Source: a virus. From it: a stretch of DNA of 64,000 bases. Below are positions 39,235 through 48,546 of this stretch, in pieces. Numbering within the stretch: position 1 is the stretch's first letter; every line of letters starts with the position of its first letter. The notes beneath the pieces were generated by a model. It did not search any database. It was not told the origin of the DNA and worked only from the letters and a program-made list of their open reading frames with translations. The translations under genes and the position numbers were made by a program. The stretch lies in IMG/VR virus record IMGVR_UViG_3300044510_000078; one strand, 5' to 3'.

Positions 39235-41958
39235 CTAATTAATGAAAACGAACTCATTCCCCAACAACAGGGTTTGCGAGTATTTTGTCCAAGCATTTAG
39301 TTTATTTTTAAAATCTTTTAAAGGCTCATTTACGAATGCTGTTCCTAACTTAATTTCTAATTCTGCTGGTAAGCGTTGATAGACGATTTTATATAGATAA
39401 ATTATTTTTTCCTTATCTGTCTTGAGAGCTTCAAAATCTTTTGAGCTTGTGATTGCTACGGAACTTTGGATAACCAAATCTCCGTTCATTAAAAACAGCG
39501 CTTGTTTAGGAACTATCGTGCTAAAACGTTTTCCAGTTGGCATTTCTGGGGTTGCCATATCAAAAGTTGTAAAAAGGTCAGGTAAACGGCCCCTATCTAT
39601 CAAACCATAAACGCTTCTTTTATACACGTCTGGACGCATCAAATCTACTGATTGTCCGCCGCCAACGAAGTCTAGCCTTCTACTAACCATCAATAAAGAG
39701 TCCCTCATTGATTCAAAATCCAATCTAATCATATTCATTTTCCAATACAGGGAATTTTCTTGGTCTTGAATTGCGTATTTTGTATTGTTTTTTGATGATT
39801 GTTGATAAGTGCTAGACATTACTATAAGTTTGTGAACATATTTCGTTGACCAGCCGTGCTTGATAAAGTCATTAGCTAACCAATTTAATAGATTCAAATG
39901 TTTAGGCTTTTCAGATTGAGTTCCAAAATCGTCAGGAGAATTGACAAGTCCCACCCCGAAATGATGTTGCCATAATCTGTTTACATAGACCCTCGAAGTT
40001 AATGGATTTTTTGGGTCTGCTATTGATTTTGCCAACTCTAATCTACCGCTGCCATTTGTATAAATATTATTTGTCGGAGAAAGGACTTCGAGAAAACGTC
40101 TTGGAACAATAGACCCACGAGAATTAGGGTCGCCCTTTATAAAAACTGGCGAATTTTGCGCCGTCGGCTTATCATAAATGGCCATTGCTCTAGGGGTAGC
40201 TGCTGGATGTGATAATTCGAGGGTGACTAATTTACCTTTTTCTCTTCTTAAATCATTGTCATATCTCATTGTCTGATTATTGTCAGACAGAAAACGAGCA
40301 AAATTTTCTCTTGTAAATTCAAGGGGTCCACTATTCTCAAAAATTATTTCATAAAATTTCTTTTCTTCGGAGTCGGAACTTTTTTGATAGCGTTTTTGAG
40401 AATCTAAAACCGCAGCTTGATACCCATTGCATACTTCTAAAAGAGTATTGGCATTTTTTGTATATCTAAAAATATATGAATGAATTGTTTTTTCATTTTC
40501 TTCTATGTATTTTTTGAATTCAACTCTAAAGTCATTCGTTATTTTAATAGCTTTAAGATATGGAGAATAAATTGACGCCTCAATTTCTTGTTTTTTCGTT
40601 GTCCTCATGGCGTCAGTCCATTTTTTAATCATTCGAGGATTTAGGGAATTAGTTCTTATAAAATCTTGCTTTCCGTCTTGCTTTACTAAATCTAGCAAAT
40701 AGTTGCCGTATAACCATTTTGAGGTATTGGTTATGAAACTTAAAAATGCCTCATTATATCTTTTGGTGATAAAATCTTCAACTTCTTTTTCTATTTTTGA
40801 TTTTTGGGCTACATAGTCTGGAAATAGATTTGGGAATCTGCTTTCTGAAATTATTGGTTTTTCTTCAGGAATTGTGCAACTGTTTAATATGCCATGCAGC
40901 GCATAGTAATCTTTAATAGTGATAGCGTCAAATTTATGGTCGTGGCATCTGGCGCAAACAACAGTTGAGCCAAGAAAACCCTTTGTGATTACATCAATTC
41001 TATCATCTATAACATCATTATTGTTGTTGGAATTTTTTCCCAGAGTCAAGAATCCAAGCGCCGCCAAAGATTTTTTGTCATTTGGTTTATATAAATCGGC
41101 AGCAAGTTGTTCTATAACAAATTCATTAAATGGTTTATCCTCATTAAAAGAAGAAATTACATAATCTCTATAAGTATAAGAATAAGTATATCTTCCTTCG
41201 GTGTTTGCTCTAATTGAACCAGAGGTGTCTGCATACCTAGCGACATCTAACCAATGTCTCGCCCATCTTTCTCCATAAAGAGGAGATTTTAGTAGTTCAT
41301 CAACAAGATTTTCGTAAGCCTTTGGAGATTTGTTTTTAACAAAAGATTCCACTTCTTCATAAGTCGGAGGAATGCCTAACAAATCAAAATATAATCTTCT
41401 AATCAAAACTTCTTTGGGGGCCGATAAAGAGGGTCGCAGATTCTTCTCTTCTAGTTCTTTTAGTATAAAATTATCAATAGGGTTACTAATCCATCTGGAT
41501 GACTTTACTTTTGGAATTTGCGCGTCTGGAACCGGTTGATATGCCCAGTGATTTTTCCTGTCTTCAACGACTGAAAAGATTAAATTCGTGCCGCTTCTTG
41601 GGTCTGGAGCGCCATTCTTAATCCATTTCTCAAAATCAGCTAAAACATAATCTGGAAGCTTTTCATTTGGAGGCATCTGCAAAGAATTATCCTTATAAGA
41701 TAAAGCTTTTAAAATTAAAGATTTACTCAAATCATTCGGGACTATGGCTGGGCCAGTATCGCCGCCCTTAATCAAACCATCCTTTGTATCTAATAAAAGC
41801 CCACCTTTTATTTTTTCAGCAGTTTTGCTGTGGCAGCGATAGCAATTAGAAGATAAAATTGGTCTAATTTTTTGCTCGAAAAAAGAATAATCTTCTTTCT
41901 GAGCGCCGAACAAATTAATACTTAAAAAGATTAAAAATGTAAATATCCATCTTGCCAT
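39235..41958 (-). CDS. Planctomycete cytochrome c / DUF1549 / DUF1553 (PSCyt-PSD1) domain protein, exported
   Basis: Signal peptide MARWIFTFLIFLSINLFGA; FFEQKIRPIL..NCYRCH; HWAYQP; YGERWARHWLDVARYADT; CARCHDHKFD; NPLTSRVYVNRLWQHHFGVGLV; RLDFESMRDSLL; PKQALFLMN. Likely start 41958. Confidence 0.93.
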   Translation of the reverse strand: MARWIFTFLIFLSINLFGAQKEDYSFFEQKIRPILSSNCYRCHSKTAEKIKGGLLLDTKDGLIKGGDTGPAIVPNDLSKSLILKALSYKDNSLQMPPNEKLPDYVLADFEKWIKNGAPDPRSGTNLIFSVVEDRKNHWAYQPVPDAQIPKVKSSRWISNPIDNFILKELEEKNLRPSLSAPKEVLIRRLYFDLLGIPPTYEEVESFVKNKSPKAYENLVDELLKSPLYGERWARHWLDVARYADTSGSIRANTEGRYTYSYTYRDYVISSFNEDKPFNEFVIEQLAADLYKPNDKKSLAALGFLTLGKNSNNNNDVIDDRIDVITKGFLGSTVVCARCHDHKFDAITIKDYYALHGILNSCTIPEEKPIISESRFPNLFPDYVAQKSKIEKEVEDFITKRYNEAFLSFITNTSKWLYGNYLLDLVKQDGKQDFIRTNSLNPRMIKKWTDAMRTTKKQEIEASIYSPYLKAIKITNDFRVEFKKYIEENEKTIHSYIFRYTKNANTLLEVCNGYQAAVLDSQKRYQKSSDSEEKKFYEIIFENSGPLEFTRENFARFLSDNNQTMRYDNDLRREKGKLVTLELSHPAATPRAMAIYDKPTAQNSPVFIKGDPNSRGSIVPRRFLEVLSPTNNIYTNGSGRLELAKSIADPKNPLTSRVYVNRLWQHHFGVGLVNSPDDFGTQSEKPKHLNLLNWLANDFIKHGWSTKYVHKLIVMSSTYQQSSKNNTKYAIQDQENSLYWKMNMIRLDFESMRDSLLMVSRRLDFVGGGQSVDLMRPDVYKRSVYGLIDRGRLPDLFTTFDMATPEMPTGKRFSTIVPKQALFLMNGDLVIQSSVAITSSKDFEALKTDKEKIIYLYKIVYQRLPAELEIKLGTAFVNEPLKDFKNKLNAWTKYSQTLLLGNEFVFIN

Positions 41959-41959
41959 A

Positions 41960-43351
41960 TTATGCGATGATGTCTTTGACAACATTGCCGTGAACGTCTG
42001 TTAGACGGAATTCGCGGCCATTGTAATTATATACAAGTTGAGTATGGTCAAATCCAAGTAGCGCTAATATTGTAGCGTGCAAGTCGTGAACGTGGACTTT
42101 ATTTTTTACAATTTTAGCTCCAAAATCGTCAGTTTGTCCATAGACAGTTCCCCCCTTTATTCCTCCACCAATTAAAACAGAGCTAAAAGCCTGACTCCAG
42201 TGGCCTCTTCCAAATCCATCTTTCCCACCCTGACCATCTCTTTGAGGAGTTCTTCCAAATTCGCCACTCATAACAATAAGAGTGCTATCAAGTAGTCCTT
42301 TTTCTTTTAAGTCTGCAAGAAGAGCGGCAATTGGCTTATCAACCTGATTCGCCGCGCTTCTTAAAGAGCGAGAAAGTCCATCGTGCGTGTCCCATCCACC
42401 CGTGAACACTTGAACAAATCTTACGCCTCTTTCTACAAGCCTTCTTGCTAGCAGCATTTGCTTGCCTTGAGCCGTGTCTCCAAATTTTTCTCTTGTTTCT
42501 TTTGACTCTTTTGAAATATCAAAGGCGTCGGTCGCTTCAGACTGCATCCTAAATGCGACTTCAAAAGATTCTAGTCTTGCTTCCAAATCGGCCTCTTTTT
42601 GTAGGTTTTGGCCATGAATAGTATTTAGTTTTTGCAGCAAATCTAATTGCTTTCTTTGTTCTTCGATGGAAACATATTGAGATTTAATATTTTCAATCAT
42701 TTTATCTACAGAATTCAAAGTCGTATTTACCGAAGTTCCTTGATAAACGCCCGGTAAGAAAGCTGAACCAAAATTTTGCGTGCCTCCAAGCGGAATCCCC
42801 CCCGGCCTTAAAGAAACAAAGGCTGGCATATTTTGATTAATTCCGCCTAATCCATAACAAACCCATGCGCCCAAACTTGGTCTTACGAATCTGGCTGACC
42901 CAGTATTCATAATCAATGTTGCTAATTCATGGGCTGGAATATCGGTGTTCATTGACCTAATAACAACAGCATCATCAATAAATTTACCAATATTTTCAAA
43001 AACTTCACTAACTTCAATGCCACTTTTACCCATCTTATTAAACTTGAATGGAGAACCACAAGCCAAGCCATTCATTCCAGAACCAAGTTGTGAACCGTCA
43101 AGTTTTATGAGTTCTGGTTTATTATCCCAAGTATCAATATGAGATTGTCCGCCTCCGAAAAAGATATGAATAACCCTCTTGGCTTTGGCAGGAAAATGTG
43201 AAGATTTTGGTGAAAGTCCGTCGGCCTGAGCAAGAAGCGGTGCAAGACCCAACATTCCCATTCCCATACCCATTGTTTGCAAAAATTCCCGGCGAGTTTT
43301 TAGAAAGTCTTTTGCAGATAATTCGTTTTGGTTGCAAAATAATTGTTTCAT
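41960..43351 (-). CDS. DUF1501 family protein with Tat signal
   Basis: TRREFL twin-arginine leader; AKAKRVIHIFFGGGQSHIDTWD; RPSLGAWV.YGLG..NQNMPAFV; LLARRLVERGVRFVQV..GGWDTH; LLDSTLIVMSGEFGRTP; VHVHDLHATILALLGFDH. Likely start 43351. Confidence 0.93.
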   Translation of the reverse strand: MKQLFCNQNELSAKDFLKTRREFLQTMGMGMGMLGLAPLLAQADGLSPKSSHFPAKAKRVIHIFFGGGQSHIDTWDNKPELIKLDGSQLGSGMNGLACGSPFKFNKMGKSGIEVSEVFENIGKFIDDAVVIRSMNTDIPAHELATLIMNTGSARFVRPSLGAWVCYGLGGINQNMPAFVSLRPGGIPLGGTQNFGSAFLPGVYQGTSVNTTLNSVDKMIENIKSQYVSIEEQRKQLDLLQKLNTIHGQNLQKEADLEARLESFEVAFRMQSEATDAFDISKESKETREKFGDTAQGKQMLLARRLVERGVRFVQVFTGGWDTHDGLSRSLRSAANQVDKPIAALLADLKEKGLLDSTLIVMSGEFGRTPQRDGQGGKDGFGRGHWSQAFSSVLIGGGIKGGTVYGQTDDFGAKIVKNKVHVHDLHATILALLGFDHTQLVYNYNGREFRLTDVHGNVVKDIIA

Positions 43352-43364
43352 ATCTTTAAAGATG

Positions 43365-43826
43365 TTACACTCCATTCAAGAAGACAAGTTCTGTGTCTTC
43401 GACGATTGGTTGAGAAATCTCAAATAAGTTATTTACTGCATCCACATCTCCAACCGGAGTTTCTCTCATCACAAAATCTGCCCCAATACCTGATGAACCA
43501 GACGAACCGCTGGTTCCAGACGTTCCATCTACTCCACTGGTTCCCGAACTGCCACTTGAACCAGACGAACCGCTAGAACCTGATGAGCCACTTGAACCAG
43601 ACGAACCGCTGGTTCCGTTTATGCCACTTGTCCCATTTACTCCAGATGAACCACTAGACCCAGAGGTTGAATCTGACCCATTAATTTTATTTGCAAGCTC
43701 AAAAATAGTTACTTTTTTATTTTTTTGGCCAGAATTGGCAGAAACATCAACAATTGGTATCAAATCTGTATCCGCCATCTCAGACGCAGAGATACTTAGA
43801 GATTTGCTTATCTTTAGACCTTGCAT
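43365..43826 (-). CDS. Ser/Gly-repeat virion protein, apparently C-terminally truncated
   Basis: N-terminal DLIPIVDVS..KNKKVTI, (SG[S/T])n run, then RETPVGDVD..NNLFEI....VFLNGV followed by a stop in mid-domain. Confidence 0.6.
   Translation of the reverse strand: MQGLKISKSLSISASEMADTDLIPIVDVSANSGQKNKKVTIFELANKINGSDSTSGSSGSSGVNGTSGINGTSGSSGSSGSSGSSGSSGSSGSSGTSGVDGTSGTSGSSGSSGIGADFVMRETPVGDVDAVNNLFEISQPIVEDTELVFLNGV
43493..43665 (-). repeat. Low-complexity SGSSGTSG coding repeats
   Basis: Recurrent gacgaaccgctggttcc / ccacttgaaccagacgaaccgct units. Confidence 0.85.
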
Positions 43827-43845
43827 AATATGTAAATTCTAATAA

Positions 43846-45192
43846 TTAGTTACACCCAGAAACATCAGAAGGACAATCCGAAGACCAAATCATTTTGAAT
43901 GTCATTGTCAAGTTGTCAAATAGGTCAACATAAGGATATTGCCCAGTAATCGAGCCAGTATTATATGTATATGCTCCCGTATTAATAGAAGGCAAAAGCT
44001 CCCTTGCTTGTGTGGCAAACAGCATATCAACCAAAGGATAATAGCTGTTAAGTCCTTGGTTGTAAGCCAAAACTAAAGATTTGAGTCTCTGAGGAAGCCC
44101 TTCTGCATCTACAAAGTTATTTTGAACACTGTTCCAACTAACTTCTCTTACCAGAGAGCGAGTTCTTCCAGTAACAACAAAACTTAAAGGGGTTATTGTA
44201 ATATTTTCAGCTTCATGTTCAAAAACTTCTGTATTCGTTTCTTGCCGAAAATCGTCCTGATTTGGAATTGGAACAAAATCTTTGCGAATATTAAGAATGG
44301 ACTGTTCTACAGCAGAATTATCCTGAGAAAATAAATCGTAATGATAAGTGCAGATACCACTTCCAAATGGCTTGGCTCCAACCCCGTTATAGTATGGCTT
44401 AAATTGGGATGTAAGAATTTTCCCGCCCGAAAAGCTATTCACTAAAAATTGATAGCCGTCGGTTGATAAATAACAAACAAGCTTATCCTTTGTTGTAGAT
44501 GGTTCCATCGGAGCCCCATATGGTTCTGGAATAAAACTTTCTCCATCCTCTTCTTCAGCGCCACCAACGAACATATCTTCTCCAACAATTAATTTAAGAC
44601 CATGATGGACTTGAGAATATCTTCCAGACAACTTTCCCCATAAACGACAGGTAGAAGGGTCTTGATTTACTTGACTTGCATCTATAACGTTTGCGAAGTG
44701 TCTTATTCCAGTTGGAACAGTAATACCCAAACGATAAGATATAACAGAATAGTCTCCAGATGGGATTATAAAAGATTTCAATATCCTAGAAAAAGCATAT
44801 TTACTATTCGTTCCAGAAGTATCTGGGGAAACCATAAGCTCTTCAATATCTAAAGGCTCAGTTAAATAGCTTACATCTGGAACTCTCCAACCTCTGAAAA
44901 GCCTTAACCCGCTTGTTAACTCATTGTATCCACAAGCGCCTCCAACATAATTATTTAAATAAGAATATTCTGGATATGGATATTCAAGTCCAGTTGTGTA
45001 TAAAGTATTTTGTCCAGTTCCACTTCCAATGGACAAAAACTTAAAAGTATCAGCAAATCCAGTGCTATAAATGTAACTAAGTCCGGTTGAAGTTATGAAA
45101 TTATCAAAAAAATCCGTAGTTGAGACTAATTCATCTTTAGAATTAAATACATCAATTTTAAATTGCCCGCGAAGTTTTATGTCTAGTGCCAT
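43846..45192 (-). CDS. Putative virion protein, paralog of the adjacent 886-aa ORF
   Basis: N-terminus LRGQFKIDVFNSKDELVSTTDFFDNFITSTGL and C-terminus YP..D.FDNLTM...IWS.DC...V.GC shared with the neighbour. Confidence 0.6.
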   Translation of the reverse strand: MALDIKLRGQFKIDVFNSKDELVSTTDFFDNFITSTGLSYIYSTGFADTFKFLSIGSGTGQNTLYTTGLEYPYPEYSYLNNYVGGACGYNELTSGLRLFRGWRVPDVSYLTEPLDIEELMVSPDTSGTNSKYAFSRILKSFIIPSGDYSVISYRLGITVPTGIRHFANVIDASQVNQDPSTCRLWGKLSGRYSQVHHGLKLIVGEDMFVGGAEEEDGESFIPEPYGAPMEPSTTKDKLVCYLSTDGYQFLVNSFSGGKILTSQFKPYYNGVGAKPFGSGICTYHYDLFSQDNSAVEQSILNIRKDFVPIPNQDDFRQETNTEVFEHEAENITITPLSFVVTGRTRSLVREVSWNSVQNNFVDAEGLPQRLKSLVLAYNQGLNSYYPLVDMLFATQARELLPSINTGAYTYNTGSITGQYPYVDLFDNLTMTFKMIWSSDCPSDVSGCN

Positions 45193-45203
45193 AGCTCATT
45201 TTA

Positions 45204-47864
45204 TTAAGGGTCTATACAACCCGCTACTCCTCCACAATTTGCGGACCAAATTAAATCCATATACATTTCCAATGTGTTATCAAAACTTAAAGCTGGATAC
45301 GTTCCTCCGAAATTGACCGGATAATTTTCTCCAATTTGAGGATAACCATGATTAGGTAACAAACGAAATGCCTCTGTATGTAGTAATACTCCAGTAGGAG
45401 CAAGGAAGTCGGTCATTTCAACAACGCCCGTCAAATAAGAATGTGCGTGCCAATTATATCCACCGGCTTGTGCTCCAGACATATATGTTAAATATAGAGG
45501 TAATCCAGTTCCATAAGAACCAGAAAAGAAAACTCCAAATTTTTCTCCAGAAGAAGTATTAAATCCAAGACCAGATAATCTTTCCGTTACATTAGCGAAC
45601 AAACTATTTGCTCTAACGACATTGCAAGAGGTTTCGTTTAAACCACTAATATATGTAACATTTAATAATCCAGTGTTTACTGTAAATGGATAATATGTAG
45701 TTGGAAATCCACTCGTAATAGTAACTCCTTCTATAAGGCCATTAAATCCAGTTAAAGGATAAATATATCCAGAAATTTTTCCGCTAACAAAAATGTCAGC
45801 AGAGATTTCGTTAATAAAATTATCTTCATTTAAGTTTTCTGAAGCGTCTTTTGTTCCTGTATATTTTTTATTTGTTAGAAAATACCCATCATAAATTATT
45901 GGAGAACTATTTCCAGTAAAAGCAAGCGGAGAATCTACAGTATTTAAAAACCAATCAAGACCAGTTGGTAACAAAGTTCCAGACGCTATTGGAGAAAATA
46001 TAATGTTATTGACCATCTGCCTGCTTGTTGTAAAATACAAAGCCGGGTCCGAAATAACTCCAATACCAGTTTTTAAATACTTTAGACCGCTTACACAAAA
46101 TCCTAATTGTATTTTATCCCTAGTTGTTGGCCAATATAAAGCTCCAGACGGAGATGGAGGAGTATTGGCTGTCAAAGAATGGTCAACTATACCATATTCT
46201 ATTCCGCTAAATTGTTTGTGTCCATAAACTGCGCCCCAACCATTTGAATATCCAGTAAAAGCCGTTCCAGTAGAACCATATACACCGCTATTTAGATTAA
46301 CGCCACTACTAAAAGCCCCATAAGCAGGATTTCCAGAAAAGAGAATATGGTCAAACGCGCCAGAATAAGGCCCATTTACAAATCTGGCCGCAAACTCTCC
46401 AGAACCAACGGGAGAAGACGTAAAATATCCATCTATGATTCCTGTTCCACGCTCAGTTAAATAAACGGCATTTACATTTCTATAATGCTGCATCAAAGCC
46501 CGACCAGAATTGTCATAAAGAAGACAATCTATCATTGGCCAATAAGAGTTTCCGTTTTTAAAAGCAAAAACGAAAGAGCCAAATCGAGAATTTTTGCCTA
46601 AATTATTTACTGGAGGGAAAAATAATTTTCTCGTTAAGGTTTTCTTTCTTCCCGTAGTAAGAGAACCATAATTAAAAGGTAAATTAATTGTTAGAGACGA
46701 CATGACTCTTCTATTGCCCAAATCTATAACTGAATCATCTATACCTGTTGCTCCCGGCGTAGCGATAGAAATTGGCGTTGCCCTAGTTAGGTAATCATAA
46801 ACGGTATTGTTATAATTAATTCCAGCGACAGACTGGGCATAATTAGACGTTTTAGGAACTGCAACGCCATTTAGTCTTATATCAACTTTTAATGCATTTG
46901 GGTCTGCATCATCAGGAATATCAGATGGTGTTAAATTAAAGTTATTATAAAATTCAGCTTCAGAGAGTCCGGCGCTTTGTCTTAGATTATGTCCAACGGA
47001 CAGTTGATAAAGTCCATCAGCCGCGTATGCTTTAGTAATATTATTTTGAAGTCCCCCAGTTTTAGAAACATCAAATTGACTGTTATCTGGAGAAAAATAC
47101 ATCTTAATCAACGACAAATCTCTTTTACCGGGCTCCATTCCGTCTCCGTATTTAGGAACAAACGTGGCCCCATCAATATCTACGCATCTTAATCCGTGAT
47201 AAACTTGTCTATAATATCCAGATAAATTTTCCCATTCTTTAACAATCGAAAGGTCATTTTCAACATTTGCGTTTCCAGTAATAAACGTTCCAGAAGTAAA
47301 ATGAGTTATGCCAGTGTTTAGAAGTTTAATTTGTAGCTGATAAGAAATAATCGAACGAGTGTTAGCAGGAATAGTCACCGATTTAACGACTCTGCTAAAA
47401 GCGTATTTCCCACTTGGGTCTGTGCCAGAGCTAGGAGATACCATAAATTCATTGATATTTACTGCCGCTGTTGTTAACGCCCCACCACTAGGGATATTCC
47501 ATCCTCTATACATGATTGGGCCGCTACGAGAAACAATCGTTCCACAAGCCCCATCTACGCTGCCATGATATGAATTTTTATTTAAATAGCGTCCATCTTG
47601 GACAGATGGAGAGCCGTTTGTTTGAATTGTTGTAATTGGAGAAACTAACCCAGTTGTATTTAATGTATTAGCTGAAGAGGAACTCCCAACCGAAAGAAAG
47701 CGAAAACAATCAGCAAATCCATAAGTTAATGGATACAAAAGTCCCGTTTGCGTGATAAAATTGGAAAAATAATCAGTTGTTTCCAACAACTTCCCATCCT
47801 TGTCGAAAATATCTACCTTAAAAGCTCCTTCGAGCCCATATTCCAATTGCGTTCGCATATCCAT
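45204..47864 (-). CDS. Putative virion protein (886 aa)
   Basis: LEGAFKVDIFDKDGKLLETTDYFSNFITQTGL; KYAFSRVVKS; large G/S/T-rich insertion relative to the paralog. Confidence 0.6.
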   Translation of the reverse strand: MDMRTQLEYGLEGAFKVDIFDKDGKLLETTDYFSNFITQTGLLYPLTYGFADCFRFLSVGSSSSANTLNTTGLVSPITTIQTNGSPSVQDGRYLNKNSYHGSVDGACGTIVSRSGPIMYRGWNIPSGGALTTAAVNINEFMVSPSSGTDPSGKYAFSRVVKSVTIPANTRSIISYQLQIKLLNTGITHFTSGTFITGNANVENDLSIVKEWENLSGYYRQVYHGLRCVDIDGATFVPKYGDGMEPGKRDLSLIKMYFSPDNSQFDVSKTGGLQNNITKAYAADGLYQLSVGHNLRQSAGLSEAEFYNNFNLTPSDIPDDADPNALKVDIRLNGVAVPKTSNYAQSVAGINYNNTVYDYLTRATPISIATPGATGIDDSVIDLGNRRVMSSLTINLPFNYGSLTTGRKKTLTRKLFFPPVNNLGKNSRFGSFVFAFKNGNSYWPMIDCLLYDNSGRALMQHYRNVNAVYLTERGTGIIDGYFTSSPVGSGEFAARFVNGPYSGAFDHILFSGNPAYGAFSSGVNLNSGVYGSTGTAFTGYSNGWGAVYGHKQFSGIEYGIVDHSLTANTPPSPSGALYWPTTRDKIQLGFCVSGLKYLKTGIGVISDPALYFTTSRQMVNNIIFSPIASGTLLPTGLDWFLNTVDSPLAFTGNSSPIIYDGYFLTNKKYTGTKDASENLNEDNFINEISADIFVSGKISGYIYPLTGFNGLIEGVTITSGFPTTYYPFTVNTGLLNVTYISGLNETSCNVVRANSLFANVTERLSGLGFNTSSGEKFGVFFSGSYGTGLPLYLTYMSGAQAGGYNWHAHSYLTGVVEMTDFLAPTGVLLHTEAFRLLPNHGYPQIGENYPVNFGGTYPALSFDNTLEMYMDLIWSANCGGVAGCIDP

Positions 47865-47919
47865 ATATTTTATTTACACCTAATTTTATTACAGTTTCTT
47901 TTGGGTTTTTAAGAGATAA

Positions 47920-48537
47920 TTAACCCTGATAAGAGCCAGTAAATAAAAATAAATTTAAGTCCACTAAATCTTCTCCAGTAATCGGCCTATTAAATGACAT
48001 AAATCCAGATACATACGTTCCCGTAAATAAAAATAAATCAACATCACAATTATCTCCCAAGACTCCTAATATATTGCCAGATGGAAACGTAACTGAAAAA
48101 TTTCCAGTCTCCCTTAGCTCTTCTAACCAATTACCACTAAAAGCAAAATTGACCTCATTTATGTCAGAGATAACCCCCGACCATTCTCCACTTATAATAA
48201 CACTTAATCCAGATACAACATCATAAGGGGGCTCAACAATATCGCCACTTAGAATAAAATTATATATATTCGCATCTCCATCAGAAGGGAAAAAATCTCC
48301 AGTCAAATTAAAAGAAAAAATTCCACTATCTTTGGGGTTCCCAAAAAAAGAGCCGCTTTTAAAGACCAAATCTAATTTTCCAGAATCCCTTGGTCCGCCA
48401 TATAAAATACCACTAAGAGAAAAATTTGAAGAAGTTACTTCACTTCCAAACGTATATGGATGGAATTTATCTACGCCAATTTCTCTTGAAGAAATATCAA
48501 CAGATATTTGTTGGAGCTGGTTAAAGGGAGCGCCCAT
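47920..48537 (-). CDS. Hypothetical acidic SG-repeat protein
   Basis: 205 aa with recurrent F/L-S-G motifs; follows the portal gene. Confidence 0.5.
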   Translation of the reverse strand: MGAPFNQLQQISVDISSREIGVDKFHPYTFGSEVTSSNFSLSGILYGGPRDSGKLDLVFKSGSFFGNPKDSGIFSFNLTGDFFPSDGDANIYNFILSGDIVEPPYDVVSGLSVIISGEWSGVISDINEVNFAFSGNWLEELRETGNFSVTFPSGNILGVLGDNCDVDLFLFTGTYVSGFMSFNRPITGEDLVDLNLFLFTGSYQG

Positions 48538-48546
48538 ACCTTCATT

